Of a stretch of 64,000 nt of DNA, positions 1-14,613 are shown one piece after another. The stretch comes from the human T2T-CHM13v2.0 reference genome, Homo sapiens. Position 1 is the stretch's first letter. Every line of letters starts with the position of its first letter. The notes under the pieces are model-generated. The model ran no database searches and was not told the DNA's origin. It saw only the letters and a list, made by a program, of their open reading frames with translations. The translations under genes were made by a program, and so were the position numbers. The stretch lies in assembly GCF_009914755.1 (NCBI RefSeq), contig NC_060925.1; one strand, written 5' to 3'.

Positions 1-312
<312 letters not shown>

Positions 313-414
313 TCATTGGTCTTAGGTCACCAGCATTTGGGAGCCATTGCACCACCAGATGATTTTCCATTTAAAAAAAAATGTGTGTGTAACTAATGTT
401 TAAGAAGTTCTTTA

Positions 415-743
415 GGCCAGGCATGGTGGCTCACACCTGTAATCCCAGCACTTTGGGAGGCCAAGGTAGGCAGATCACCTGATATAGGAGTTTGAGACCA
501 GCCTGGCCAACATGGTGAAACCCTGTCTCGACTAAAAATACAAAAATTAGCTGGGTGTGGTAGCACACGCCTGTAATCTCAGCTACTCAAGAGGCTGAGG
601 CAGGAGAATTGCTTGAACCCAGGAGGCGGAGGTTGCAGTGAGCCTAGATAGCGCCACTGCACTCCAGCCCCAGCGACAGAGTGAGACTCCATCTCAAAAA
701 AAAAAAAAAAAAAAGAGAAAAGACAAAAAAAAAAAAGGAAAAA
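415..743 (+). mobile_element. AluS
   Basis: Full dimer with poly-A tail. Confidence 0.93.
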
Positions 744-822
744 TAGAGTAGGAAGGAGGTTGGGGTGCAGGGGAGGAGGGGAGCAAGTTGTAGTATTAAG
801 TGGGGTATCTGGGGCAAAAGCG

Positions 823-1126
<304 letters not shown>

Positions 1127-1152
1127 GCCGTATCAGCAGAGAGAACGCTGGA

Positions 1153-1335
1153 GCAGCACTTCTAAAACTGTAGCAACAAGTCCTGAAGTGTCAGCCTTAC
1201 CAGGGACCCCATTAGAAATGCACATTCTAGGACCGTACACCAGACTCAAATCAGTTTCTGAATCAGAAACTGGGCTGGAATTCAGCATCTGTGTTTTAAT
1301 AAGCCCTGCGGGTGATTCTGATTAAGGACCTCTGA
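1153..1335. mobile_element. MER5A-like hAT-Charlie MITE
   Basis: TTAGAAATGCACATTCT...CTGAATCAGAAACT...TCTGTGTTTTAATAAGCCCT...GGTGATTCTGAT match recalled MER5A core. Confidence 0.8.
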
Positions 1336-1529
1336 GTTAGGGGGAAGCCTTAGGCAAGGGTGAGCCGCAGCCCTAAGGGAGTGTGGACAGAGTGCAGTGG
1401 GGCTAGGAGGGTAGCAGGGAGGCCAACTGCATTGAGGCCTTGCAAGGACTTTGGCAGAGGAGTGACATGATCTGGCCTTTGTTCTGAAAGTGTTGCTATG
1501 GTCAGACCTCATTTGTTTCTAGAGTTTCC

Positions 1530-1707
1530 ATAAACTGCTTCCTCCAGGCTCCTTGGATGCCCCAAGCACATTTGCTTCTCAGGACTCTTGCTGTGCCCTC
1601 TGCCTGGAATGCCCTTCCTTCAGACAGCCACAAGACCTTCCCTGACCACCCTCTATCCATTCTGTCCCCTTACTCTGTTTTGCTTCTGTCCTTAGCACCC
1701 ACCACCA
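1530..1707 (+). mobile_element. L2 3' region (continues at 3781-3925 after Tigger insertion)
   Basis: TTGCTGTGCCCTCTGCCTGGAATGCCCTTCC typical of L2 3' UTR. Confidence 0.65.
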
Positions 1708-2275
1708 TACAGTCATGCCCTGCATTACATTTGGGTCAAGACAATGGTCCTATAAGGTTACAATGGAGCTGACAAATTCCTATCACCTAGTGACCTTGTA
1801 GCCACTGTAACGTCATAGCGCAACACATTCCTCACGTGTTTGTGGTGATGCTGGTGTAAACAAACCTACTGCGCCCCCAGTCATATAAAAGTATAGCACA
1901 TACAGTTATGTACAGTACACTTGATAATGATGATAAACAACTATGTTACTGGTTTATGTACTTATGATATGTTTTATTGTTATTTTAGAGTGGACTCCTT
2001 CTACTTAAAAAAAAAAGTTAACTGTAAAGCAGCCTCAGGCAGGTCCTTCAGGAGGTATTGCAGAAGGCGGTTATCACGTGAGATGACAGCTGCATGTTAC
2101 TGCCTCTGAAACCTTCCAGTGCGCCAAGGTGTGGAGGTGGAAGACAGTGATATTGATGATCCTGACCCCAGGCTAATGTGTGTGTTTGTGTCTTAGTTTT
2201 TAACAAAAACAGTAAAAAAAAAAATATTGAAAATAGAGAAAAGCTTATAGGATAAGGATATAAAGAACAAAAACG

Positions 2276-2914
<639 letters not shown>

Positions 2915-3180
2915 CTAAGTGCTATTACAAAAGAGTTTAAAAGTTTTAAAAAGTACATAACGTTACAGTAAGCTAAGGTTAATTTATTATTAAAGAAATA
3001 AATCTTTGTTATAAATTTAGTGTAGCTTATAAAGTCTACAGTAGTGTGCAATAATGTCCTAGGCCTTCACATTCACTCACCACTCACTCACTTACCCAGA
3101 GCAACCTCCAGTCCTGCAAGCTCCACTTGTGGTAAGTGCCCTATATAGGTGTACCAGTTTTTTAAAATCTTTTATACTGT

Positions 3181-3499
3181 TTCTTTTTTTTTCTTTTTTC
3201 TTTTTTTTTTTTTTTTTGAGTCACAGTCTCTCTCTGTTGCCCAGGCTGGAGTGTAGTGGCACAATCTTGGCTCACTGCAACCTCCGCCTCCTGGGTCCAA
3301 GCAATTCTCCTGCCTCAGCCTATGGAGTAGCTGGGGTTATAGGTGTGCATCACCATGCCTGGCTAATTTTTTAATTTTTAGTAGGGATGGGGTTTCACCA
3401 CGTTGGCCAGGCTGGTCTCAAACTCCTGACCTCAAGTGATCCACCCGCCTTGGCCTCCCAATGTCTTAGGATTACAGGCGTGAGCCACTGTGCCTGTCC
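3181..3499 (-). mobile_element. AluS inside Tigger3
   Basis: Poly-T then reverse dimer; TSD TATACTGT. Confidence 0.92.
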
Positions 3500-3780
3500 T
3501 ATACTGTATTTTTATACCATATTTTTACTATACCTTTTCTGTGTTTAGGTACATGAATACTTACCATTGTGTTAGGGTTGCCTACAATGTTCAGCCCAGT
3601 AGCATGCAGTACAGGTTTGTAGCCTAGGAGCAATAGGTTATACCACATAGCCTAGGTGCATAGTAGACTGTGCCGTCTGGGTTTGTGTAAGTACACTCCA
3701 TGATGTTTGCACAATGATAAGATCACCTGACAACATGTTTCTCAGAACATATCCACATTGTTAAGTGACTCATGACTGTA

Positions 3781-3925
3781 TTTCAGAGAATGATTCCCCA
3801 CCACTAGGTCAGCTCCCAGAGAGCACAGGCATTGAATATCTTGCTCTACACAGTCTTTCCAAGGCATCAGAACAGTGCTTGACACATAGTAGGGACTTAA
3901 TAAGCATTGACTGTATGAATAAATT
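3781..3925 (+). mobile_element. L2 3' end
   Basis: ACAGTGCTTGACACATAGTAGG...AATAAG...TGAATAAAT terminus. Confidence 0.7.
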
Positions 3926-4821
3926 AGGCACAGAAAAACTTACTATCCTTGTGGCTTATGCCTGTAATCCCAAGACTTATAGTAAGTATCCTTATCCTTA
4001 CTGTCCTTATATTTGAGCAAAGACTTTTTGACAGAGAAGGAAACTGAGGCCCAGAAAATGGTTGGAATTGCTGAGGTATGTATGTGGAGTGTATATCTGC
4101 GGTGTGTGTGTGGTGGAATCAGGAGTGGAGGCAACATTTGTAGCCCTTGGAGCAGAGCCTTTCACACTGACCTAAGCTGCTTTTACCCTAAGCCACACCT
4201 TTACAAGCACGAGTAGACAGGACCATAGTAGACTTTGGCCCAGGTGGGCATTGACCAAGGAAAGGCACTGGGCCCTGAGCTCCATCTTGTGCTGCGGGGC
4301 AAGGGTGCAGTCCCTTCCTCTCCCTCCCTGTGTCCAGTCCCCCTTCTGAGGACACACCGGAGGACCCATCCTAGGTGGCTTCTACCTCCCTCAAAGACCT
4401 CAGGTCCTGACTGGCGTGGACACTTGATTTGCTACCTCTTGGGTTTTGCTCTTGTCCACTGCCGCATTTCCAGCACTCAGCAAGGGACTGTCTAGAGGTT
4501 GACTGAGACTGGAGGTCTCATGAGAGGGTGTGGGGAGGACCTCATTCTCGAACTTCTGAGCTGGTTTCCTGGTCCATAGCTGACCAGGCTTCCAACCCCC
4601 CAGGCAGCTTAGCCGACTTACACCCAAACCTGGTGGCTTCTCTGATGCTGAGGTCTGGGCTGGCTGGCAGGCAGAATTTGTCTCCTCTGCCACTTTTTCT
4701 CTATGTTGCAGAGGAGAGGAGATATTGCTACCACATCCCCCAAGGGCCATGTCCTCTAAGAGACCCCAGCTGGTGATCTGCACCATTGTACCTGAGGCTC
4801 AGATGAGAAGAATAGGCTACA

Positions 4822-4980
4822 GGTTGGACGCAGTGGCTCATGTCTGTAGTCCCAGCTGCTGGAGAGGCTGGGGCAGGAGGATCACTTGAGCCCAGGAGTG
4901 AGCCATGATTACACCACTGCACTCCAGCCTGGCTGACAAAGTGAGACCCAGTCTCAAAAAATTAAAAAAAAAATTTAAAA
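4822..4980 (+). mobile_element. Alu monomer (FRAM/FAM-like)
   Basis: Single right-type monomer, A tail, TSD AAGAATAGGCTACA/AAGATTGAGGCTACA. Confidence 0.85.
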
Positions 4981-5009
4981 AGATTGAGGCTACAGCATCT
5001 GATTGTAAC

Positions 5010-5215
5010 AAGAATAACATTAGTTAATGTTTACTGAATACAGTATACCAGACATGGCCTGCATGCTTTACAGATACTGTCTTATTTAATCCTCATAATA
5101 AACCTATGAATAGTTACTACTATCGTTCCCATTACACAGAGGAGGAAACTGGGACTCAGAATGGAGAGTGACCACAGGGCCACACAGCTAGTGATGGAGG
5201 ACAGGCATGTGGAAG
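5010..5215 (-). mobile_element. MIR
   Basis: TTTAATCCTCA...CCCATT...GAGGAAACTG core. Confidence 0.8.
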
Positions 5216-5451
5216 CTCTGCTAGTTGCCTCTCAGGGGGCACTTTCCTCTTTCCCTTTACCTGCATGCACTCCAGCCCCAACAATATCAGCATAAGAGAA
5301 AGGTAATATTTGAGCAAAAACCTAAAGGAGGTGAGGGAATTGGTCAAGCAGACATGGAGGTGAGTAGGAGAGCATTCTAGACAGAGGAAAGAGCCTTCCG
5401 TATCTGCTTGGCCAATATTACCTTTCTCTTATGCTGAGCACCCTATTTAAT

Positions 5452-5989
5452 TGTAGTGGTTTTCAAATATGTCTGCAAATTCTTTGATACTTCTCCCTTA
5501 AATTTCCCTCTCCTTGAATGTGGGATAGACTTAGTGACTCACTTCCAGCTAAGAGAATACAGCAGAAGTGATGGTGTCATTTCCAAGGCTAGGTCATTAA
5601 AGATATTGTGGGTTCCTCCTTGCTCTCACTCTGGAATCACTTGCCCTGGGGAAAGTTAGCTGACATGTTGTGAGGATACTCAAGCAGCCCCTTGGGGAGG
5701 TCCACATGAAAGGAACCGAGGCTTCTTGCCATCAGTCAGTGAGGAATTAAGGCCTTTTGCTAATGGCTGTATGTGTGAGCCATCTTGGAAGCAGCTCCTC
5801 CAGCCCCAGTCAAGCTTTCAGATGACTGCAGCCCCAGCCAACATCTTGTTTGCAAACTCATGAGAAACCCTGAGGCAGAATGACCTAGCTAAGCTACTCC
5901 TGGATTCCTGACCCACAGAAACTGACATACTAAATGTATGTTGTTTTAAACTGCCCAGTATTGGGGTAATTTGTTACACAGCAATAGAT
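5452..5989 (+). mobile_element. MLT1F-type MaLR LTR
   Basis: TG start, CAGATGACTGCAGCCCCAGCC, CCTGACCCACAGAAACTG, GGGGTAATTTGTTACACAGCAATAGATA end. Confidence 0.82.
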
Positions 5990-6615
<626 letters not shown>

Positions 6616-6721
6616 TATATTAATATAGTAACCTGTCTCCTTTCCATCCCCCAAATGGGCTTTACCTTGCTCTACTTTCTATTTCTTCTCAGCATTTATC
6701 ATTGACTAACACACTAAGTAA

Positions 6722-6878
6722 TTTTTTGTTTTGTTTTGTTTTGTTTTAGAGGCAGGGTCTCACTGTGTCAACCAGACTAGAGTGCAGTGGCACAATGCAA
6801 TCTCCTGGGCTCCAGCAATCTTCCAGCCTCAGCCTCCCAAAGCACTAGGATTATAGGCGTGAGCCACCGTGCTTTGCC
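6722..6878 (-). mobile_element. Alu monomer
   Basis: (TTTTG)n tail plus single monomer. Confidence 0.82.
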
Positions 6879-6982
6879 TCATTCCACATTTTAATACTTA
6901 GAGAACTTACAACTATATTTTATTGATTCTAAGACACAAAAATCTTTTTTCACACTAACTTTTCCAAAATAAAAATCTTTTA

Positions 6983-7299
<317 letters not shown>

Positions 7300-7436
7300 T
7301 CATATTAATGAGATACAGTATGAATCAGGCACTGGTCTAGGTGTCTAAATGAAACAGGCAAAGTTCCCTGCCCATGTGGAGCTGATATTCTGATGGTAGA
7401 GAGATAAATAATTAAACATAATAAATAAGTAAATTA

Positions 7437-7600
7437 GGCTGGGCCCGGTGAATCACACTTGTAATCCCAGTGCTTTGAGAGGCTGAGGCGGGAGGATTGC
7501 TTGTGCCCAGGAGGTTGAGGCTACGGTGAGCCATGATCATGCCACTGCACCCCAGACTGGGTGACAGAGCAAGACTCTGTCTCAGGGAAAAAAAAAAAAA
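7437..7600 (+). mobile_element. Alu monomer (FRAM-like)
   Basis: Single monomer with poly-A. Confidence 0.85.
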
Positions 7601-7736
7601 GTAGAATGACAGATGCTGATTTTGTTTAGGGCATCAATTTGCCCAGCCAAAAATCAGACACATTCCTGGCCAATGAGGTCTGAGCAGAAAAGGCTGGGTG
7701 GGGCTTCCTGGAAAGCTCTTTGAAAACAAATGGGAT

Positions 7737-7980
7737 TATCCAGAATAAGTAAACTCACAGAGACGGAATGCAGACTGGTGGTTACCAGGTGCTGGGAGGA
7801 AGGGAGAATGGGGAGCAACTGCTTAATGCATACAAGCGTTCCTTTACGGATGATAAAAAAATTTTGGAACTAGATAGAGTTGGTGGTTGCACACACATGG
7901 TGAATGTATTAAATGCCACCGAATTATTCATTTTTAAATGGCTAATTTTATATTACATAGATTTCCCCTCAATTGAAGGG
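7737..7980 (+). mobile_element. L1MB-type 3' end
   Basis: TCCAGAATAAGTAAA...GTGGTTACCAGG...TTTTGGAACTAGATAGAG...GTGAATGTATTAAATGCCAC. Confidence 0.8.
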
Positions 7981-8099
7981 AAAAACAGACGGTTTCAGCC
8001 AGCACTCACTTTCTATGCTTTGCCTTTCCTCTTTTTCTGACAGGGATGAGGATGTGATGCCTAGAAAGGCAGCAGCCATTTTTTCAGCGTAAGGACAGA

Positions 8100-8260
8100 A
8101 TAATAGTAACAATAACAGCTAACACTTATAGAGCACTTAATATAGAGCCAGGTACTGTTTTAAGCTCTTTGCATACATCTAGTCACTTAATATTTACAAC
8201 AATTCTATAAGGAAGATACTGTTATTCCCACGTCATAAATGAGAAAACAGGTACGGAGAA
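8100..8260 (-). mobile_element. MIR
   Basis: AATAACAGCTAACACTTATAGAGCACTTA...CCAGGTACTGTT. Confidence 0.75.
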
Positions 8261-9655
8261 GAAAAATCATGGTCCTTGCTAAGGATGGCAGAGTGAAATC
8301 TAGTTGAAGCCTGAACCCTCCATGCGCCATGGAAACTCTGTAGCAGCCCTGGATTCCTACCTTGGTCTTCTTAAGTATTTGAAAAAAGCACTCCCTATTT
8401 AATTAAACCATTTTAGTTGGATTTGTGTTCCACACATCCTGAGATTCAAAGCCAGGTATGTCTGACATCAGTGCAAGTGTACCTAAGCACTCTGCTCTCC
8501 TAGCCTGCAAATAAGTGGTCAAGTGCTTTTCAGCCTCTCTGATCCCAATAGATGGTGGCCCTCTTGAAGGTGGAGGGGGGTCTTCCTCCACTGTGAAGTC
8601 CCATCATTGAGCACGGGTCCTGGTCCAGATGGAGCAGTGCAGTGTGGTGTTGGGATTAGCAGTTTGGACCCAGAGAAGGGGCTCAGAGTGCAGTGAGGGA
8701 GACATTCACTGGTGTAGAGCAGACATCAAAGATGAAGTGAGCCCAGAGGCAGGGGAACTTCACGATGGTCAGGATCTGGACAGATGAAGAAGGCAGGAAA
8801 TGGGCTTTCTAAACAAACAGCACAGCTTTTGAGGGAAAGCACCACGATGTGAATGTACAGAGTGATGTTCAGGAAGTACCAGTAGCTGGGTGAGGCCGGA
8901 AAAATGGGTGCTGAGAGAGGGAGAGATCAGTCCTGAAGGGTGAAGACCCTTGAAAGTCAGGACTCAGAACATTGAAAATCATCTGTGCAGAGCTTTCTGT
9001 GTCATCTCACTGCAACAAGGAGAAATGGCAGGAGGTGTTTCTCCCATTTTACAGAAAGGAATTGATGTTCAGAGAGGCTTAGTTTGGCTAATGTTGCCTC
9101 GCTAGCAAGTGGCAAGAGTGGGACTTGAACTGGGGTCTTTTAACCTCATGCCCTACACTTGCCTGCTCAAGCAAGCGATTGTCAGCCTGCCTCTGTGGGT
9201 AGGGAGGGACAACGGAAGCATTCCAAGCGGGAAAGGGATGCTCCTTCTACGGAACTTTTGCCAGTGGAAAGTATGGAATGGATTTGAGGTGACTTGCTAG
9301 GGCATGGCAGTGAACCCATTCATTCATTCATTCATTCATTCATTTTTGGAAGCCCTGAGGCTGGAGGGCGGTGAGCTGAGCATTGACCATCAAGCAGGTA
9401 GGCACGGGTCAGATTGTTGGGGCACCAAGTCAAGAGTTTGGGTTGTGTCACGAATGGGATGGTAAGCCACTGGAGCCAGGAGGTCACCCTGCATGACCCC
9501 AAACCCTGTGACCCTGTGGAAGAGGGAGATTAGGAAAGTCAGGAGGGGCTCAACCAGCTGCAATGGAGTCACATGTAAAGGAGGCAGGGGCATTAAGTTC
9601 TAAAATCAGCAGGTAAGGCAAAAGTCATATGCAGTCCTTAAGAACTCAGTAAGGA

Positions 9656-9985
<330 letters not shown>

Positions 9986-10087
9986 TTATAGTAATAGGTA
10001 TGTTTTTATATATGCTACATGGTAATATGCAGTATATGGAAAATGCATATATTTACACTATATACAAAGTGTATAATTTAATATTGC

Positions 10088-10452
10088 TTTTTTTTTTTTT
10101 TTGAGACAGGGTCTTGCTCTGTCACCCAGGCTGGAGTAATGGCACAGTCATATGCCAAGTGGAAAAATCATATGCCAATGGCACAAGTTGCAGCCTTGAA
10201 CTTCTGGGCTCAAGCCATCCTCCTGCCTCAGCCTCTGGAGTACCTGGGACTACAGGCATGCGCCACCCACCACATCCAGCTTTTTTTTTTTTCCTTCCTT
10301 CCTTCTTTCCTTCCTTCCTTCCTTTCTTTTCTTTCCTTTCTTTCTTTTTCTTTTTCTTTTTCTTTTTTTTTGTAATAGAGATGAGGTCTTGCTATGTTGT
10401 CCAGGCTGATCTCAAATTCCCAAACTCAAGCAATTTTCCTGCCTCGGCCCTC
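10088..10452 (-). mobile_element. AluJ, 5'-truncated, (CCTT/CTTT)n in linker
   Basis: Reverse dimer with internal insertion and microsatellite linker. Confidence 0.88.
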
Positions 10453-10549
10453 TAATATTGCATTTAAACACATAAAAGAGAGAAAAATGAGTTGGCTTGT
10501 GCCTATAAAGTTGTTTGTGTGATTTATAATGTAAGTACACCGAGACTCC

Positions 10550-10770
10550 CCAGAATGGATGCTGTTGCTGCCCTGTCCAGATCCCCTTTCCCAGCTGCCA
10601 TGATGTAGACTACTAACAGTCACAGCTGCCCGCTTCTTTTGAGAATTGTTCTCAGCCAAATAGAAGCTTCCCATCTCCCCCACCCTAGTCCTTGACAGTC
10701 CTGGGAAGAAACTAGTAAGGGGTATAAAAGGCTGGTCCTCTTGCCTCAATGTGAGACTGACTCTGTGGAG
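10550..10770 (+). mobile_element. LTR16-type ERVL LTR fragment
   Basis: GGATGCTGTTGCTGCCCTGTCCAGATCCCC...GGTATAAAAGGCTGG...TTGCCTCAA...ACTCTGTGG. Confidence 0.65.
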
Positions 10771-10829
10771 TAATTGGCTGGGACCTGTTCATCTTTCCTC
10801 CTTCCTTTCTCTCTCTCTCTTTTAAAAAT

Positions 10830-10962
10830 TATTATTATTATTTTTAGATACAGGATCTCACTATATTGACCAGGCTGGTTTTGAACTCCTGACCTCAAGC
10901 AATCCTCCTGCTTCAGCCTCCCAAAGTGCTGGGATTACAGGTGTGAGCCACTGCATCTGGCC
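10830..10962 (-). mobile_element. FLAM/Alu left monomer
   Basis: Reverse left monomer. Confidence 0.87.
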
Positions 10963-11429
10963 AGATGATGACCTTGACCTCTGATTGCTTTCACATAACT
11001 GGAACTCAGAGACCTTCTTGCACATCTGTGGAAAGGGGAGTTTGCTTTGAACTGCATTTCCTCACCAGCGTCACCCATTCCTTAAGAGTCAGGTTGATAA
11101 ACGAGTCAATGCTGAGCCCAAACCAGGCAGGATTAATCATTTCCTCCTCCACATTGCTGCTGCTGCTGCTGCTGCATCCTGTGTCTGAGTCATTTCCTCA
11201 TCTTTAATAGCTAACATGATGCCCAGTACAAAATAGGTATGGGGGAATATTTACTGAATGAATGTCATTGAATCTGACACCGTTGGATGTTGGATCCACT
11301 CAGTCCACTTGGCCACAGTTTAAGCAGTGTGAGGGTAGAGCCAAGTTTTTTTGTTTGTTTGTTTGTTTGTTTGTTTTTAGAGACACTATGCAAATAGGTA
11401 GAGCTAAGTTTTACTCTTTGGTGTGGGAA

Positions 11430-11690
11430 GGGCAGGATGGTGCAGTGCAAGAGCATGAGCTCTGCAGACACTCAGGAATCCTGTGCTTGAATTCCAACTC
11501 TGTGCCTCTGGGTCTTGAAATTTTAGGCAAATTATTTCTCTTGGAACCTGTTTCCTCATCTGTAAAATGGGGGTGATATCAACAAGAGTTATGTGCCAGG
11601 CAATTAGGAGGATTAAATGAGATAATGCAACTAAAATTTCCATCATTGGCCTAACACAAAGTAGGAGCTTGGTAAATATTAATTTTCTCT
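11430..11690 (+). mobile_element. MIR
   Basis: GTTTCCTCATCTGTAAAATGGGG...GAGGATTAAATGAGATAATGCA. Confidence 0.85.
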
Positions 11691-11759
11691 ATTCTGGTAT
11701 TCCCATAGGACCTGGAACATGGCAGACAGTCAGTAAGTGCTGGGTCACCTTCAGGCCAC

Positions 11760-11952
11760 CCTGGACCATCCAGCTCTAGCTAAGCCATCAGCTGACTACA
11801 ACTACATGAATGAACCCAGGAGATAAGAGCAGAAGAATCACCTAGCTGAGCCCAGCCAAACTGCAGCATATAGTATCATGAGCTAATAAACAATTCCTGC
11901 TTTAAGCCCTAAGCCCTAACAATTTGAAGTCCTTGTTACACAGCAAATACTG
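11760..11952 (+). mobile_element. MLT1 (H/I/J-type) LTR 3' part
   Basis: CAGAAGAATCACCTAGCTGAGCCCAGCC...AATAAA...TTGTTACACAGCAA. Confidence 0.7.
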
Positions 11953-12309
11953 TTGCAAACAATGACGTTTTAAGAAGAGCTGGGATCGAGCGGGTATTTA
12001 GGAGCAACTGAAACCAGGACTCTCTTGTTCTGTCTCATGTCTTTCCTATTTTCTGCACGTTATCTTCCCTCTCTTTCATAGCACATTGATTTTCTTCATG
12101 GTGCAGAGAAAAAGGTTGAGTTTTATAGCTTGCATCTTCAAGATAATGGAGAAAAACTGATTCTGTTTTCTGCATCTCAGATCTAAAAATCCCTGGGAAA
12201 AGACTCATTGGCCCAGCTTAGGTCAAGCCTCCCCTTGGACCAATCAACTGGTAATGGAGTAGGGAGGGCACTCCATCACAACACACACGTTAGATGACAT
12301 ATGAGCAAA

Positions 12310-12540
12310 ACTATCCCAGGCACTGTTTTAAGGCTTAACATGTGTTAACTGACTTCATCCTCATTATACAACAATCCCATCAGAGCTATTATTGTCTCTG
12401 TTTTGAAGTGAGGAAACTGAAAACAAGCCACAGAGAGGTGAAGTAACTTGCCCAAGACTACACAGCTAAAAAGAGGTGCAGCCAGGACTTACACCACAGC
12501 TATCTGACTCCAGAATCCACCCACTTAATGACCACAGTGG
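12310..12540 (-). mobile_element. MIR
   Basis: GAGGAAACTGA...CAGAGAGGTGAAGTAACTTGCCCAAG...TCTGACTCCAGA. Confidence 0.82.
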
Positions 12541-13350
12541 TCTGCCTCTCATATTGAGTTCCTGGGGGGTTCCAATAGATTGAGGGGTGGGCAGGATGGA
12601 GGCACTCCAAGGAAATATCTGGAATGCTAACTCAGAGAAGGTAAGCCTCTGGGGGCCCTTGATCTCACTGTCTTCAGGCCTCTAAATGACTCTCACTAGG
12701 CAATGGCAGTGGAAGGTTCTGGATCACCTCAGAAAACAAATCTAGGATCAGTGGGTGGACACCACTGGAAAGTGGGTTTCAATTCGATGGTAGGAATTTC
12801 TTCAGAGTCAGGGATATTAGTGCTCAAAGTCACACAACAAGCTGAACTGGGGTTTAAACTTATGCCTGAAGGAGTGCTGAGGCTTTGCTGTTAACCACTG
12901 TGCCCCATCTTCGTTTCCTTCTCAAAATGAGGAAAAGAATATTGGTGGAGGTGAGGCAGGGAGACACAGGGCCTACATCTACCCACATTTCATTAAAGGC
13001 CTGCTGTTTCCCAGCAGATGGAGGCTGCTTATGTGATCATCTCCAGTTACCCCGTGGGTTTGCCCCGCCCCCTTGGCTGGTGTGTAAATTCCCTGTGGGG
13101 AGAGTCATGTGCCCTCTTAAATGCCCAGTCTTATGCTGTCCTGGCTGGGGCCTGTGGGATGGGGGAGCTGGGAGGACACTTCCTGTAGTTCCTCAGGTGC
13201 CTCCCAGCATGGCTTAGACTTTGGGGGCAGGGTTGGACCAGGCAGGAAGGGGCAGCTGGGGGTTTCCTCTGGGTGCGACAGCCTGGCTCTTGCTGGGCTG
13301 GAAGCCAAGCCTGGGAAGGAATTTCCCAGTCCTGTCTGAATTCTGTTTTC

Positions 13351-13670
13351 TCTTTTTATTTTATTTTTTTAGAGACAGAGTCTCCCTCTGTCACCCAGGC
13401 TGGAGTGCAGTGATGCGGTCATAGCTCACTATAACCTCAAACTTTTGGGCTCAAGTGACTCTCACCCCTTAGTCTCAAGAGTGGCTGGGACTACAGGAGA
13501 GTGCCCCCATGCCCTGCTAATTATTATTTTTATTTTTATATTTTTTGTAGTGACGAGGGTCTCACTTTGTTGCCCAGGCTAGACTCAAACTCCTGGCCTC
13601 AAGTGATCCCTCCACCATAGCTTCCCAAAACCCTGGGATTAGAGACAAACCTGAGCCACTGTGCCTGGCC
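13351..13670 (-). mobile_element. AluJ
   Basis: Reverse dimer; TSD TGAATTCTGTTTTCT. Confidence 0.92.
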
Positions 13671-13942
13671 TGAATTCTGTTTTCTTTGTGGAGGGAGGGA
13701 GAATAGTGTGAGAAGATGAATCCTGTTCCTCACCTCCCCAGCAACTAGCCTTAAGGTAGAAGAGGAGAATTGGGGTAGTCTTTATTTGGGAGGAGGAAGC
13801 AGCACTTTCTCATAAGGCATCAGGGTTTGGTGCTTCTCTGCTAGGAAAAGAATAATACTCTCACACCCCCAAAGCTAATAGGTGCCCAGGGAAGTCTTGG
13901 CTTAGTTGGGTGACCGTGCTGAGAAATAGAAATATAAATGTG

Positions 13943-14227
13943 GGCCAGAAGCAGTGGCTCACGCTTGTAATCCTAGCACTTTCCGATGCCGAGGCAGGCG
14001 GATCTTAAGCCCAGGAGTTCGAGACCAGCCTGGACAATATGGCGAAACCCTATCTCTAGTAAAAAACCAAAACAAAACAAAAAAACAAAAATTAGCTGGG
14101 TGTGGTGGTACATGCCTGTAATCCCAGCTACTCAGGTCACTGAGGGATGAGAATCATTTGAACCTGGGAGGCGGAGGTTGCAGTGAGTCGAAAGTATACC
14201 ATTGCACTCCAGCCTAGGCTGTGTCTC

Positions 14228-14260
<33 letters not shown>

Positions 14261-14388
14261 AGGAAGGAAGGAAGAAAGAAAGAAAGAAAGAAAGGAAGGA
14301 AGGAAGGAAGAAAGAAAGAAAAAGAAAGAAAGAAAAAAGAAAAGAAGGAGGGAAAGGGAGGGAGGGAAGGAAGGAAGGAAGGAGAAAA
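13943..14388 (+). mobile_element. Alu with ~160-bp (GAAA/GGAA)n tail
   Basis: Dimer; TSD AAATATAAATGTG. Confidence 0.92.
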
Positions 14389-14613
14389 AAATATAAATGT
14401 GAGTCATATATTAAATTGGGAATGTTCTAGTAGCCACACTTAAGAAAGTAAAGAGAAACAAGTGAAATAATTTTAATAAATTTTATTTAACCCAGTATGT
14501 CCAAAATAATATCATTGAAACCTGTAATTAATATAAAAATGATTAATGAGGGATTTCACAGTTTTTGTACTAGATCTTTGAAATTCAACGTGTATTTTTT
14601 ACTTACATCACAA

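Larger units (their letters stand above)
7620..8435. mobile_element. Old ERVL LTR (LTR33/LTR16-like) fragments split by L1M and MIR
   Basis: CTGGCCAATGAG...GCTGGGTGGGGCTTC, GCAGCAGCCATTTT, GCTAAGGATGGCAGAG motifs. Confidence 0.5.
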
